A DNA stretch of 43,728 nt from positions 42,096,219-42,139,946 of the forward strand of contig NC_068995.1 of assembly GCF_001194135.2 (NCBI RefSeq), given 5' to 3'. The notes beneath the pieces were generated by a model. That model was not told where the DNA came from, made no database searches, and saw only the letters and a list, made by a program, of their open reading frames with translations. The translations under genes and the position numbers were made by a program. This DNA is from Octopus bimaculoides (Eukaryota). Below, one piece after another: positions 11,387-22,670 of the stretch (positions are counted from its first letter, which is position 1; every line of letters starts with the position of its first letter).

Positions 11387-11472
11387 CTGATACAAATATG
11401 CTATTTTAATTTAAAACCCATGAAAACAATTACGAGTTATTGATGAAGTGTAGAAGACCGAAACGTGTAAAC
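11387..11472 (+). ncRNA. Decayed Penelope-type hammerhead-like motif with upstream flank
   Basis: Reads TTGATGA-AGTGTAGAAGACC-GAAACGTG. It is the inverted homolog of 10866-10955. Confidence 0.45.
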
Positions 11473-11825
11473 GATCGTTGATAAAAATTAATTAATCAAA
11501 CAGAGAAGGGATCATATTAGAGCGCCTAGCAAAATATCCTGAATTCGTTCTGCATCTTTACCATCTTACCCGGGGACGATAAAATAAAACACCAATGATG
11601 TGTGCGTGTGCGTGTATGCATGTGTGTATGTGTAATAGGGTTGTACCTACTTTGCACCCATGTCAGAAATTATTCTTCGTTTGCTTTCCAAATTCTATTT
11701 AGCACAAGTATAATGCTTGAAATTCGGAACATAGTATATATTCGATGAAAGAGAATGAAAGAGAGAGAGTAATGCAAGTGTACCATACAGTTTGAGATAG
11801 TAAGATTCGTTGTGTGTGTGTGAGC

Positions 11826-11871
<46 letters not shown>

Positions 11872-12214
11872 GCGTGTGCGCGACTAAGTACATATCTAGA
11901 ACGGGAAAAGGGATCGCTAACAAGCCAAGTTCAGTCATCCGTAACTACTAAACAACCCACCCCATACACAGACACTAATTTAAACAATAGCACACATGCA
12001 CGCACGCACACACACACAATTACATACATAGAATCATAACACCACATTACACATGTTCCTTACACAGACAGACACGGAAGAACGGAACACACACACACAC
12101 ACACACACACACAAAACTTCACAGTAGAATGGTCACGTTATCTACTTCCTGCAAAGGTGTTGGACAGGTCAGTTCACATTTTCCAAAGTAAATATTGTGG
12201 TCAAGTACACACAC

Positions 12215-12254
<40 letters not shown>

Positions 12255-12578
12255 GCAGTGGTCAAACAAACCATATTAAAGACAAGGTCTGGTAAATATC
12301 GGGTAACTAAGTGTAAATAGTGTTGTTTGATTGGCTCCGTCGGCCTGATAGACACAGACACTAGACTGACCAACGTTAGTATTTGGTCCGTTGTATTCGA
12401 TACATTATTATATACATGTGTGTATACATACATACATACATACACAGAGTTTGCTTATTTTATATGCCAATTTGTGAGCAATAATATCGTTATCACTGGT
12501 TGAGGAAGTAGCTGTAACTCGGTACAGAACAAATATGTCAAATGATTTCGTTTCTTTACTCCACCGTTGTATGGAGGA

Positions 12579-12732
12579 GCAGGTGTGTCTGTAGGGTAGG
12601 AAGCTTCCGGGTTCAGTCCCACTGCATGGCACCTTAGGTAGCCTTCTTCTACTGTAGCCTCGGGCCGATCGAAGTCTTGTGAATGAATTTGGTAGACGGA
12701 AACTGAAAGAAGTACGTGACTCACATACACAC

Positions 12733-12765
<33 letters not shown>

Positions 12766-12980
12766 TGCATGCATGCATGCATGTGTGTTGTGTTTGTCCC
12801 CCATTGCTGTTTGATAACCGGTGTTGGTGTGTTTAGGTATCCGTAACCTAGCGGTTCAACAAATAAGACCGATAAAATAAGTATTAGGCTTTAAAAAAAT
12901 AAGTCCTGGGGGTCGATAGGCGTTTCCCCAGCATGGCTGCAATGAAATAAATGAAACAAGTAAAAGATGAAAAGAAAAGA
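12579..12980 (+). mobile_element. SINE family A, with internal (TATG)n
   Basis: Contains GGGTTCAGTCCCACTGCATGGCACCTTAGG, TTTGTCCCCC, AAGTCCTGGGGGTCGAT and the GAAACAAGTAAAAGA tail. Confidence 0.85.
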
Positions 12981-13524
12981 ATGATTGCTATATATGATTC
13001 TCATCAAAGACGAAAGTTCCTAGCGATTTGTGGTCCACTTGACACGGAAGAAAGGGAAACCACACCACCCTCAAATCACATCAGACAAGATTGGACAAGG
13101 ACTCAACAACATGTATTATTTTAAACAATTATTGCTAATGCTCGAGCTTCTATTGTATCGTTCGGCTTACTCGAAAGGGCAGCTTAATCGCAACCAATAT
13201 TCACACCATGTTGTCAATATAAGGCATCGTAGATAATGTAGTCCTCACCATACCATCTTTTCAAAGAAGGTACGGTGAGATTCAGTTTCTATATGGAACA
13301 TGTTGCACAATTAAAACAAGTCTCTCTCTCGCTGTCTTTAACAACAAAGTTTGTTCTGCTAAGATGCTAGTGAAATTAACAGATCTATTGTGAACGAGAT
13401 GACCTTTTCCGACATCAGGTACGTTAAGTCTTTCTGTTTCTCTTTCTGTCTCTCATTGTCTCTCTATCTCACTCCCTCTCTCTCTCTCCCCCCCCCCTTC
13501 TCTCTCTCATGAGAACACTTTACT

Positions 13525-13585
13525 TTTTTTTATTTGTTTTAGTCAATGGAATGCGGCCACGCTGCAGCAGCGACTTGAAGTGTTT
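13525..13585 (-). mobile_element. SINE family A tail fragment
   Basis: TTTGTTTTAGTCAATGGAATGCGGCCACGCTGCAGCAGCG resembles 36565-36605. Confidence 0.6.
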
Positions 13586-14431
13586 AGTCAAAGATATCAA
13601 CACCAGAACTTNNNNNNNNNNNNNNNNNNNNNNNNNNNNNNNNNNNNNNNNNNNNNNNNNNNNNNNNNNNNNNNNNNNNNNNNNNNNNNNNNNNNNNNNN
13701 NNNNNNNNNNNNNNNNNNNNNNNNNNNNNNNNNNNNNNNNNNNNNNNNNNNNNNNNNNNNNNNNNNNNNNNNNNNNNNNNNNNNNNNNNNNNNNNNNNNN
13801 NNNNNNNNNNNNNNNNNNNNNNNNNNNNNNNNNNNNNNNNNNNNNNNNNNNNNNNNNNNNNNNNNNNNNNNNNNNNNNNNNNNNNNNNNNNNNNNNNNNN
13901 NNNNNNNNNNNNNNNNNNNNNNNNNNNNNNNNNNNNNNNNNNNNNNNNNNNNNNNNNNNNNNNNNNNNNNNNNNNNNNNNNNNNNNNNNNNNNNNNNNNN
14001 NNNNNNNNNNNNNNNNNNNNNNNNNNNNNNNNNNNNNNNNNNNNNNNNNNNNNNNNNNNNNNNNNNNNNNNNNNNNNNNNNNNNNNNNNNNNNNNNNNNN
14101 NNNNNNNNNNNNNNNNNNNNNNNNNNNNNNNNNNNNNNNNNNNNNNNNNNNNNNNNNNNNNNNNNNNNNNNNNNNNNNNNNNNNNNNNNNNNNNNNNNNN
14201 NNNNNNNNNNNNNNNNNNNNNNNNNNNNNNNNNNNNNNNNNNNNNNNNNNNNNNNNNNNNNNNNNNNNNNNNNNNNNNNNNNNNNNNNNNNNNNNNNNNN
14301 NNNNNNNNNNNNNNNNNNNNNNNNNNNNNNNNNNNNNNNNNNNNNNNNNNNNNNNNNNNNNNNNNNNNNNNNNNNNNNNNNNNNNNNNNNNNNNNNNNNN
14401 NNNNNNNNTATACGTGGATACAAATAAGCAC

Positions 14432-14823
14432 ACAGTCGTGGCTGTGTGCTAAGAAGCTTGCTTCTCAAACACAAAGTCCCAGGATCGGTCCCACTGCGTG
14501 GCATCTTGAGCAAATGTCTTCTACTATAGCCTCGGACAGACCTAGGCCATGTGAGTGGATTTGATAGAGGGAAACTGAAAGAAGCTGTCGTATATATATG
14601 TGTGTGTGTGTGTGTTTCTGTCTTTGTCCCCCCCCCACCATCGCATGCCAACCGATGTTATTGTGTTTACGTCCCCATAACTTAGCGGTTCGGCAAAAAA
14701 ACTGATAGAATAAGTACCAGGCTTACAAAGAATAACACCAGGAGTCGATTTTTTAAAATTAAAATGCGGGGTTCCAGCATGTCCACAGTCAAAATGAATG
14801 AAACAAGTAAAAGAATGAAAGAA
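14432..14823 (+). mobile_element. SINE family A, full length, short internal (TA)/(TG) tract
   Basis: Contains GTGGCTGTGTGCTAAG, GTCCCACTGCGTGGCATCTTGAGCAAATGTCTT and TAACTTAGCGGTTCGGCAAAA, plus the family tail. Confidence 0.88.
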
Positions 14824-15444
14824 TATATATGTGTGTGTGAGTGTGTGTATACGTGTGTGTATACATATTTATATATAAGCATCTGCATTGTGTGTATGTG
14901 TGCATACGTGAGTGTATACATATTTATATATAGATGTGTGCAGTGTTTGTATGTGTGTCCATCCATATTATAACTGCCGGCATTAAGAAGCTTGTGAACG
15001 TTGATGCATCTACCATTCTACAACGGAATTCGTATGAAAATCCCCGTAAAACCTGATGTCAAAGAATTGGTTCATCCACTCAAGAGCACATCAACTGTCG
15101 TCAGCACTTGAAGTACAAGACCTACCACATCTAACCAATATAAATCCGCTTTTATTAAGTTAACCCCTTCGCTCTATATACCTCGCCTATTTCAAACACT
15201 ATAACACTACATCGCATAATTAATTTAATGGAGAACCCTTTCGTTTATTAAGTTAACCTTTTTTTATACAGTTCACAGATGCTTGAAATATAGACTAATG
15301 GCGGCTACTACTACTACTACTACTACTACCACTACAATTGGATGTGAGGTATTTTAGCATTATTAAATGAGGGCTTTCAACAGCCCCAAAAGCTATACAC
15401 CATATTAAATAATTGTCATCATATGAATATAACAAAGATATCCT

Positions 15445-15482
<38 letters not shown>

Positions 15483-15516
15483 AGTGTGTGTGTGTATGTG
15501 TGTGTGTGTCGTTGGT

Positions 15517-16047
15517 GATATGTTAAACTGTCGTATGTCCAAATTAAGCCAAATGCGTTTTTTTCTTTTTTCCCCAGTATTTAATTTTGCTTGCGATCGT
15601 TGGTTCTTTTGCTCAAACTATCGTATCTCCAACTGCTTCAGATGCCAACGCCTGAAAATTGTACTACGGTTTAGCATTTTTCAAAAGTGTAGTAAGTCCG
15701 ACATACGACAGTTTTCCAAAAATATTTCTGATTGAAAATATCAAACAAGCATGAGGTNNNNNNNNNNNNNNNNNNNNNNNNNNNNNNNNNNNNNNNNNNN
15801 NNNNNNNNNNNNNNNNNNNNNNNNNNNNNNNNNNNNNNNNNNNNNNNNNNNNNNNNNNNNNNNNNNNNNNNNNNNNNNNNNNNNNNNNNNNNNNNNNNNN
15901 NNNNNNNNNNNNNNNNNNNNNNNNNNNNNNNNNNNNNNNNNNNNNNNNNNNNNNNNNNNNNNNNNNNNNNNNNNNNNNNNNNNNNNNNNNNNNNNNNNNN
16001 NNNNNNNNNNNNNNNNNNNNNNNNNNNNNNNNNNNNNNNNNNNNNNN

Positions 16048-16087
<40 letters not shown>

Positions 16088-16161
16088 AATGGTGAAACAA
16101 TTTTTTTGTTTTTTGTTTTCTGAGAAAGCAACGTTTTGGACTTACGACAATTTTGCATAAC
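15517..16161. mobile_element. Non-autonomous DNA-transposon-like element with TIRs and an internal inverted copy of the TIR motif
   Basis: Left end GATATGTTAAACTGTCGTATGTCCAAA (15517-15543); right end TTTGGACTTACGACAATTTTGCATAAC (16135-16161). An internal perfect 15-bp inverted copy GACATACGACAGTTT lies at 15700-15714. Superfamily not assigned. Confidence 0.65.
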
Positions 16162-16369
16162 AGAAACGATATATATACAGACAGACAGACAGAGATAAGC
16201 GCACATTCATCCGAATGTATGTATGTGTTCAAATATGTATAACACTGTGTTTTAAATTCTGCGTAGACATCCACATTTGTGTATGTGTACACGAAAATAT
16301 ATACACATTATGCATGCATGCATGTATGTATGTATGTATGTAGGTATGTATGTATGTATGTATGTATGA

Positions 16370-16565
16370 GCCCACGTGTTAAAATTCCCTTTGCCTTAGT
16401 TTCCCGCCTGCAGTAATCATGGCGCACTTAAATTTTTTAAATATGAGAATGGCGGATAAATGATCAGCCATGTGATATATGACGTCATTTGCACGTGATG
16501 GTCTGCGTGTGGAATTACTGCAAACTAGTGCATAGCTGTTACGGATTTCTGTGAAAGGGCGGACG
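16370..16565. promoter_or_regulatory. Candidate cis-regulatory motif cluster
   Basis: Within 200 bp of unique sequence: CACGTG twice (16373, 16492), TTTCCCGCC (16400), ATGGCG twice (16419, 16449), TGACGTCA (16480), ATTTGCA (16487) and GGGCGG (16557). Confidence 0.3.
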
Positions 16566-16649
16566 TTCTTGTGATCTATATTTAGTAATATATAACTTGC
16601 ACAACAACATCAACAACAACAATAATAAAAATAAAAATAATATTAATAA

Positions 16650-16909
16650 GGGTCCTTTCTATTGGAAGCACAAGGCCTAAAATTTGGAGGAAGGGATTAA
16701 GTCGATTACATCGACTCCAGTACGACACTGGTATTTATTTAATCGACCCCGAAAGGATGAAAGGCAATGTCGATCCCGGCGGAATTTGAACTCAGAACGT
16801 AACAGCAGACGAAATACCACTAAGCATTTCGCCTGGCGTGCTGACGTTTCTGCCAGCTCGCCACCTCCAATAACAATAATAATGAAACTTTCAAATTTTG
16901 CCTCAAGAT
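16650..16909 (-). mobile_element. SINE family B, best-preserved copy (16650-16865), followed by the tail of another B copy running into a gap
   Basis: The reverse complement reads GGTGGCGAGCTGGCAGAAACGTCAGC... (A box), TCTGAGTTCAAATTCCGCC (B box), GCCTTTCATCCTTTCGGGGTCGAT, and a tail ending GAAAGGAC. Confidence 0.9.
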
Positions 16910-17817
16910 NNNNNNNNNNNNNNNNNNNNNNNNNNNNNNNNNNNNNNNNNNNNNNNNNNNNNNNNNNNNNNNNNNNNNNNNNNNNNNNNNNNNNNNNNNN
17001 NNNNNNNNNNNNNNNNNNNNNNNNNNNNNNNNNNNNNNNNNNNNNNNNNNNNNNNNNNNNNNNNNNNNNNNNNNNNNNNNNNNNNNNNNNNNNNNNNNNN
17101 NNNNNNNNNNNNNNNNNNNNNNNNNNNNNNNNNNNNNNNNNNNNNNNNNNNNNNNNNNNNNNNNNNNNNNNNNNNNNNNNNNNNNNNNNNNNNNNNNNNN
17201 NNNNNNNNNNNNNNNNNNNNNNNNNNNNNNNNNNNNNNNNNNNNNNNNNNNNNNNNNNNNNNNNNNNNNNNNNNNNNNNNNNNNNNNNNNNNNNNNNNNN
17301 NNNNNNNNNNNNNNNNNNNNNNNNNNNNNNNNNNNNNNNNNNNNNNNNNNNNNNNNNNNNNNNNNNNNNNNNNNNNNNNNNNNNNNNNNNNNNNNNNNNN
17401 NNNNNNNNNNNNNNNNNNNNNNNNNNNNNNNNNNNNNNNNNNNNNNNNNNNNNNNNNNNNNNNNNNNNNNNNNNNNNNNNNNNNNNNNNNNNNNNNNNNN
17501 NNNNNNNNNNNNNNNNNNNNNNNNNNNNNNNNNNNNNNNNNNNNNNNNNNNNNNNNNNNNNNNNNNNNNNNNNNNNNNNNNNNNNNNNNNNNNNTATATA
17601 TATATATATATATATATATATTGGTGCTTGTCTACCCCTTATGCAGAGTTTGACCACTTCCTGTACCTACACCTTAGAATCATCATAGCATCTGATGTGG
17701 CCTTTTAAACCAATGTTTTGAAAAGGCACCTACATAGGTTGCATATCCGATTTGGACCACCACACACATTATATAAAAAACATATAGAATCATACGTATT
17801 CATAAATACTTTCATAT

Positions 17818-17848
<31 letters not shown>

Positions 17849-18374
17849 ATATAAACGCACATTCATGAAAATGTTGGATGCCAGTGCTGATGAAAAGGAG
17901 GATAATGAATGTGAAGATGATGTCGAACATGATGATGAAGACGACGAATATGCCGATGACAGCGAAGTTAGTGATGACATTGAGAGTAAAATGATGAGAA
18001 TGTAGAAATGTTTTATGGAAGGCAAAATGACTGAATCAATTATATATTGCTTCATTGATATTAAACCTGTTTATTGATTGACGCTAAGGAAGAAGGGGAA
18101 AGAAATTATGAAAAAAATAAAGAATAATGACGAAACAAAAAAGAATATATCGTCATCAACACTACCACCGCTGACACCACCATCCATGATCAAATCGGTA
18201 GCAGCAGCAGTACTAGCAGCAGCGGCGGCGGCGGCGGCGGCAGTAGCAATTGAAACAATAAACCACTGAGTGAAAAATGTTCCGCGAAAATACACACTCA
18301 GGAGAAGAGACGTCAGTAAATATCAACAGAGCAATACATACATACATTTGTGTGTGTGTGTATATATACATATT

Positions 18375-18423
<49 letters not shown>

Positions 18424-19039
18424 NNNNNNNNNNNNNNNNNNNNNNNNNNNNNNNNNNNNNNNNNNNNNNNNNNNNNNNNNNNNNNNNNNNNNNNNNNNNN
18501 NNNNNNNNNNNNNNNNNNNNNNNNNNNNNNNNNNNNNNNNNNNNNNNNNNNNNNNNNNNNNNNNNNNNTATATATAATACCTACCTGTACACGTTATACG
18601 CACACAAATTTATTGTGTGGGTGGGTGGGTGTTCACATAGTATATATATATACACTAATGCATACATATTGTAACGTGCATGCATAACACACACTATAAA
18701 CATTTAAATATATGCATATAGGATAATATGATAAATATGTATGTGTATATGTGCGCAAATATATGTACATACATGTAGATGAACATATGCAGTCACACAT
18801 ACACACGCACTCATGCATAATTATATACAGGAATACGTATATACATGCAGACACACAGAGATAGATTGCCAGCCAATGGATTAGAATATAATAAAACATT
18901 TTCGTGGACATTCCCGATGATGATTGTGCTGATGGTTAGATGTGGATTGTAGAAAAGAACCAACAAATACAGACTGAATGTACTGTGACAGTCGAAATAT
19001 ACTAGACACTCACACACACACACACACAATTTATATATA

Positions 19040-19985
19040 TATATATATATATTATTCATGTATGTATGGATATATATGTATATCGATATATATGTATATT
19101 CATATATCCATATATATATATATATATTCATATACATATATGTGTATACATGTATATACATATATATGTATATATATGTATACACATATATGTATATACA
19201 TGTATACACATATATATGTATATACATATATATCTATATGTATATACATATATATGTATATACATGTATATACATATATATCTATATGTATATACATATA
19301 TATGTGTATACGTATATATATGCANNNNNNNNNNNNNNNNNNNNNNNNNNNNNNNNNNNNNNNNNNNNNNNNNNNNNNNNNNNNNNNNNNNNNNNNNNNN
19401 NNNNNNNNNNNNNNNNNNNNNNNNNNNNNNNNNNNNNNNNNNNNNNNNNNNNNNNNNNNNNNNNNNNNNNNNATATACATATAAATATATATGTACATAT
19501 ATATATATACATATAAATATATATATACATAAATATATACATATAAATATATATATACATAAATATATATACATATAAATATATATATACATAAATATAT
19601 ATACATATAAATATATATATACATAAATATATACATATAAATATATACATATAAATATATATATACATAAATATATATATATACATAAATATATACATAT
19701 AAATATATATATACATAAATATATACATATAAATATATATATACATAAATATATACATATAAATATATATATACATAAATATATACATACATAAATATAT
19801 ACATATAAATATATATATACATAAATATATACATACATAAATATATACATATAAATATATATATACATAAATATATATATACATATAAATATATATGTGC
19901 ATATATATACATATAAATATACATATACATATATATATACATATGAATATATATACACACGTATATATATATATACATACATACA
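19040..19985. repeat. TA-rich compound micro/minisatellite (ATATATACATATAAAT-type units)
   Basis: Iterated 14-18-bp variants. It generates the long Y/I/C ORFs in the track. Confidence 0.95.
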
Positions 19986-19996
19986 TATAAATATAT

Positions 19997-20037
19997 CGGT
20001 TGCCAAGCGATGTTGTGGGGACAAACACAGACACATG

Positions 20038-20076
<39 letters not shown>

Positions 20077-20258
20077 ATATATATATATATATATATATAT
20101 ATGTGATGGGCTTCTTTCAGTTTCCGTCTTCCAAATCCACTCCCAAGACGTTGGTTGGCCCGAGGCTATAGTAGAAAAATCTTGCCCGAGGTGCCACGCA
20201 GTGGGACTGAAACCGGAACCATATGGTTAGTAAACAAATTATTTACAACACAGCCACT

Positions 20259-20260
<2 letters not shown>
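19997..20260 (-). mobile_element. SINE family A, 3'-truncated, with internal (CA)n(TA)n
   Basis: Contains GGGCTTCTTTCAGTTTCCGTC, GAGGCTATAGTAGAA, GTGCCACGCAGTGGGACTGAAACC and CAGCCACTCC. Confidence 0.88.
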
Positions 20261-20323
<63 letters not shown>

Positions 20324-20731
20324 NNNNNNNNNNNNNNNNNNNNNNNNNNNNNNNTATACACACACACATGTATACTTATATATATATATATATATACATA
20401 CATACATACACGTATATAAATACATATATACATATGTGTACATATGTACATATACTTACTTACATATATATATATATATATATATATACGCACATACTTG
20501 CATATGTGCGTGTGTGTATACATATATAAAGTATATATATCTGTTTTCGAATTTCGCTCCATAGAGTCGCAGTTCGGATGTTCTACTCTTCTGTACATGT
20601 ATGTAACATATTATAAATTCACTACTACTACTACTTATAATGTATTTCCTATACTGCACTGAAACACGTCTATTAAGAAATTAAAACTATATCAATTTTT
20701 CGCGGGAACTGCAGTTGCAATACATACATAC

Positions 20732-20844
<113 letters not shown>

Positions 20845-21105
20845 CATACACACATATTTAAGCTAAATGGATGTCAAGTAAATGGGTTTGGAGAGAAGAA
20901 GAACAGGAAAGAATTGTTGTTATGAGAGGGAGAGAGAGAGAGAGACAGAGAGGGAGAAAAGGGAGGTAAAGAAAAAGTGTGTGTGTCTGCATAGATGTGT
21001 GTAAGACAGTCAGAGAGTAAGAGCGAGAAGAATACAGCAAATGTGAATCCATGTATTAGTGTGTGTTAGCATTTGTATATGTTTGTGTATGTGTGTGTAA
21101 ATACA

Positions 21106-21141
<36 letters not shown>

Positions 21142-22221
21142 CTTACATAATGCAGACATTCTATCTAATAAATGGGTCTCCAAACGATATTGGGCCTGCA
21201 TATTGCTTGTAGGCACAAGGCACGTTATAAAACTTACTTAACCACGTGTCTTAATGGCAAGAAACTATAAGTAGTTCTTATTTTAATTCATTGTATACTA
21301 AATGATATTTGTCTCTCACTGGATGGCATATGATATATATACATACATATGTGTGTGTGCATGCATATATACAAATATGTAAACACAAATGCTTATAGTT
21401 TTTATGCAAAAATGTCTGTTGCATAATCGTAATGACTCGGCTGTCTACACATGATCTCTTACGAAAGTTAAATGAGCTGAACCAGCAACATTTAAATATT
21501 TAGGCTATGAATATATTTCAGGTATCTCTTTACTTTTTTGAAGTGTGAGGGTACGAGAGGAGATCACTGTAGTTGTGATGGTGTCAGTCAACGATGCGCA
21601 TGCGTCTAATTTCATCTACCTATATATATGCAATTAAAAACTGCCGAAGTTTAATTGAGGCCTCATACGAAATCCTCTACTTCTTGGGATATGCAGTGAG
21701 CAGAATCATTGTTGTGATGTGACCTCAGATCATTCTCATCTTTTCTATACCTAGAACATCACTGCCTAGCGTTTTTCTTTTTGTTTTTTGTTTTTTGCTT
21801 CCTTTTCTCATGCAGCTAAATGTGATTTGAGAGCAATATAACAACTATTTCTTGCAGAGTCGTGACTAATGGAGACCTTATTCATTTGCCTCCCGACCCC
21901 TTAACTAGAGATGATGTGGTGCAGCAGGACTACACTTTTTTGAAATAAATGTGTAGCGATTGAATCATTGTGTTCGTTGGAGAATTCTAAGATACCATGT
22001 ACCATCAGGATGAATTAGTTCCAGATCGCTAAAGTCTGAGTTGAAATGTCACTATTTTGCGAATGACTGACGCATTATGTAGAAGGTTTTGAAGGAGGTA
22101 AAAACATAAATTTAGAGTGAGAACTTCATAACTTACGATGCAAATGAATTCTAATATACAATGGAAAAGACACGATAAGGACGGATGATCTTGGTGGGCG
22201 AGAGAAATCCGGAAATTTGTA

Positions 22222-22312
22222 ATTGTTTAACACCAGGTCAGGTCGAGCTGACCTGTGATCAGAGGCATTCCTGTCGAGACCCTCCCGTCTGTTTTGTAAG
22301 CTTAGTGCATCC
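22222..22312. mobile_element. Dispersed repeat family D, reverse-orientation copy
   Basis: The reverse complement ACAAAACAGACGGGAGGGTCTCGACAGGAATGCCTCTGAT resembles 22629-22665 and 38440-38470. It contains a CAGGTCAG/CTGACCTG hairpin at 22234-22255. Confidence 0.6.
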
Positions 22313-22610
22313 ATAAATATATTACTCAATGAGTAATCTTATATTTTTTAGGAAATTATGTTATTTCTAATTAGTCGAGGAATTGTTGCATTTGTTAATT
22401 GTGTGTAGCAGTTGAGCGAAGAATGAACATGTCTGGATATTACAAAATGCAGCTGGAAGCTAATATGGCGATCTTATCAACAGCATTGTTCTCATTATAC
22501 AGATAGAGTTATTTATTTACAAATTAATGAAGGTACACTTATGGGGTGAAAACTGCAGCTTAATCTCCAGAGAAAAAATATCACAAAATCTCCCTAAAAA
22601 GAAAAATATA

Positions 22611-22670
22611 CTGGATAATGTAGCCAGGACAAAACCGAGATGGTCGCGGCTGGAACGTCTTTGATTGTAA
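22611..22670. mobile_element. Dispersed repeat family D, forward copy
   Basis: GAGATGGTCGCGGCTGGAACGTCTTTGATT matches the reverse complement of 37668-37700. Confidence 0.6.

Noticed and set aside
15151-15258. 15-bp direct repeat TTTATTAAGTTAACC, 93 bp apart
   Set aside because: It could be a TSD, but the enclosed sequence has no recognisable element features and the repeat is AT-rich.
16048-16085. Poly(A) run as a retrocopy tail
   Set aside because: It abuts an assembly gap and lies inside the TIR element, so the upstream sequence cannot be evaluated.
16684-17688. ORF MEEGIKSITSTPVRHWYLFNRPRKDERQ...
   Set aside because: It is the antisense reading of a SINE B copy followed by a gap.
17865-18005. 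46-aa acidic ORF (MKMLDASADEKEDNECEDD...)
   Set aside because: It is best explained as a decayed (GAT)n microsatellite, with no splice or homology support.
18078-18269. Poly-alanine ORF
   Set aside because: It derives from (GCA/GCG)n trinucleotide repeats.
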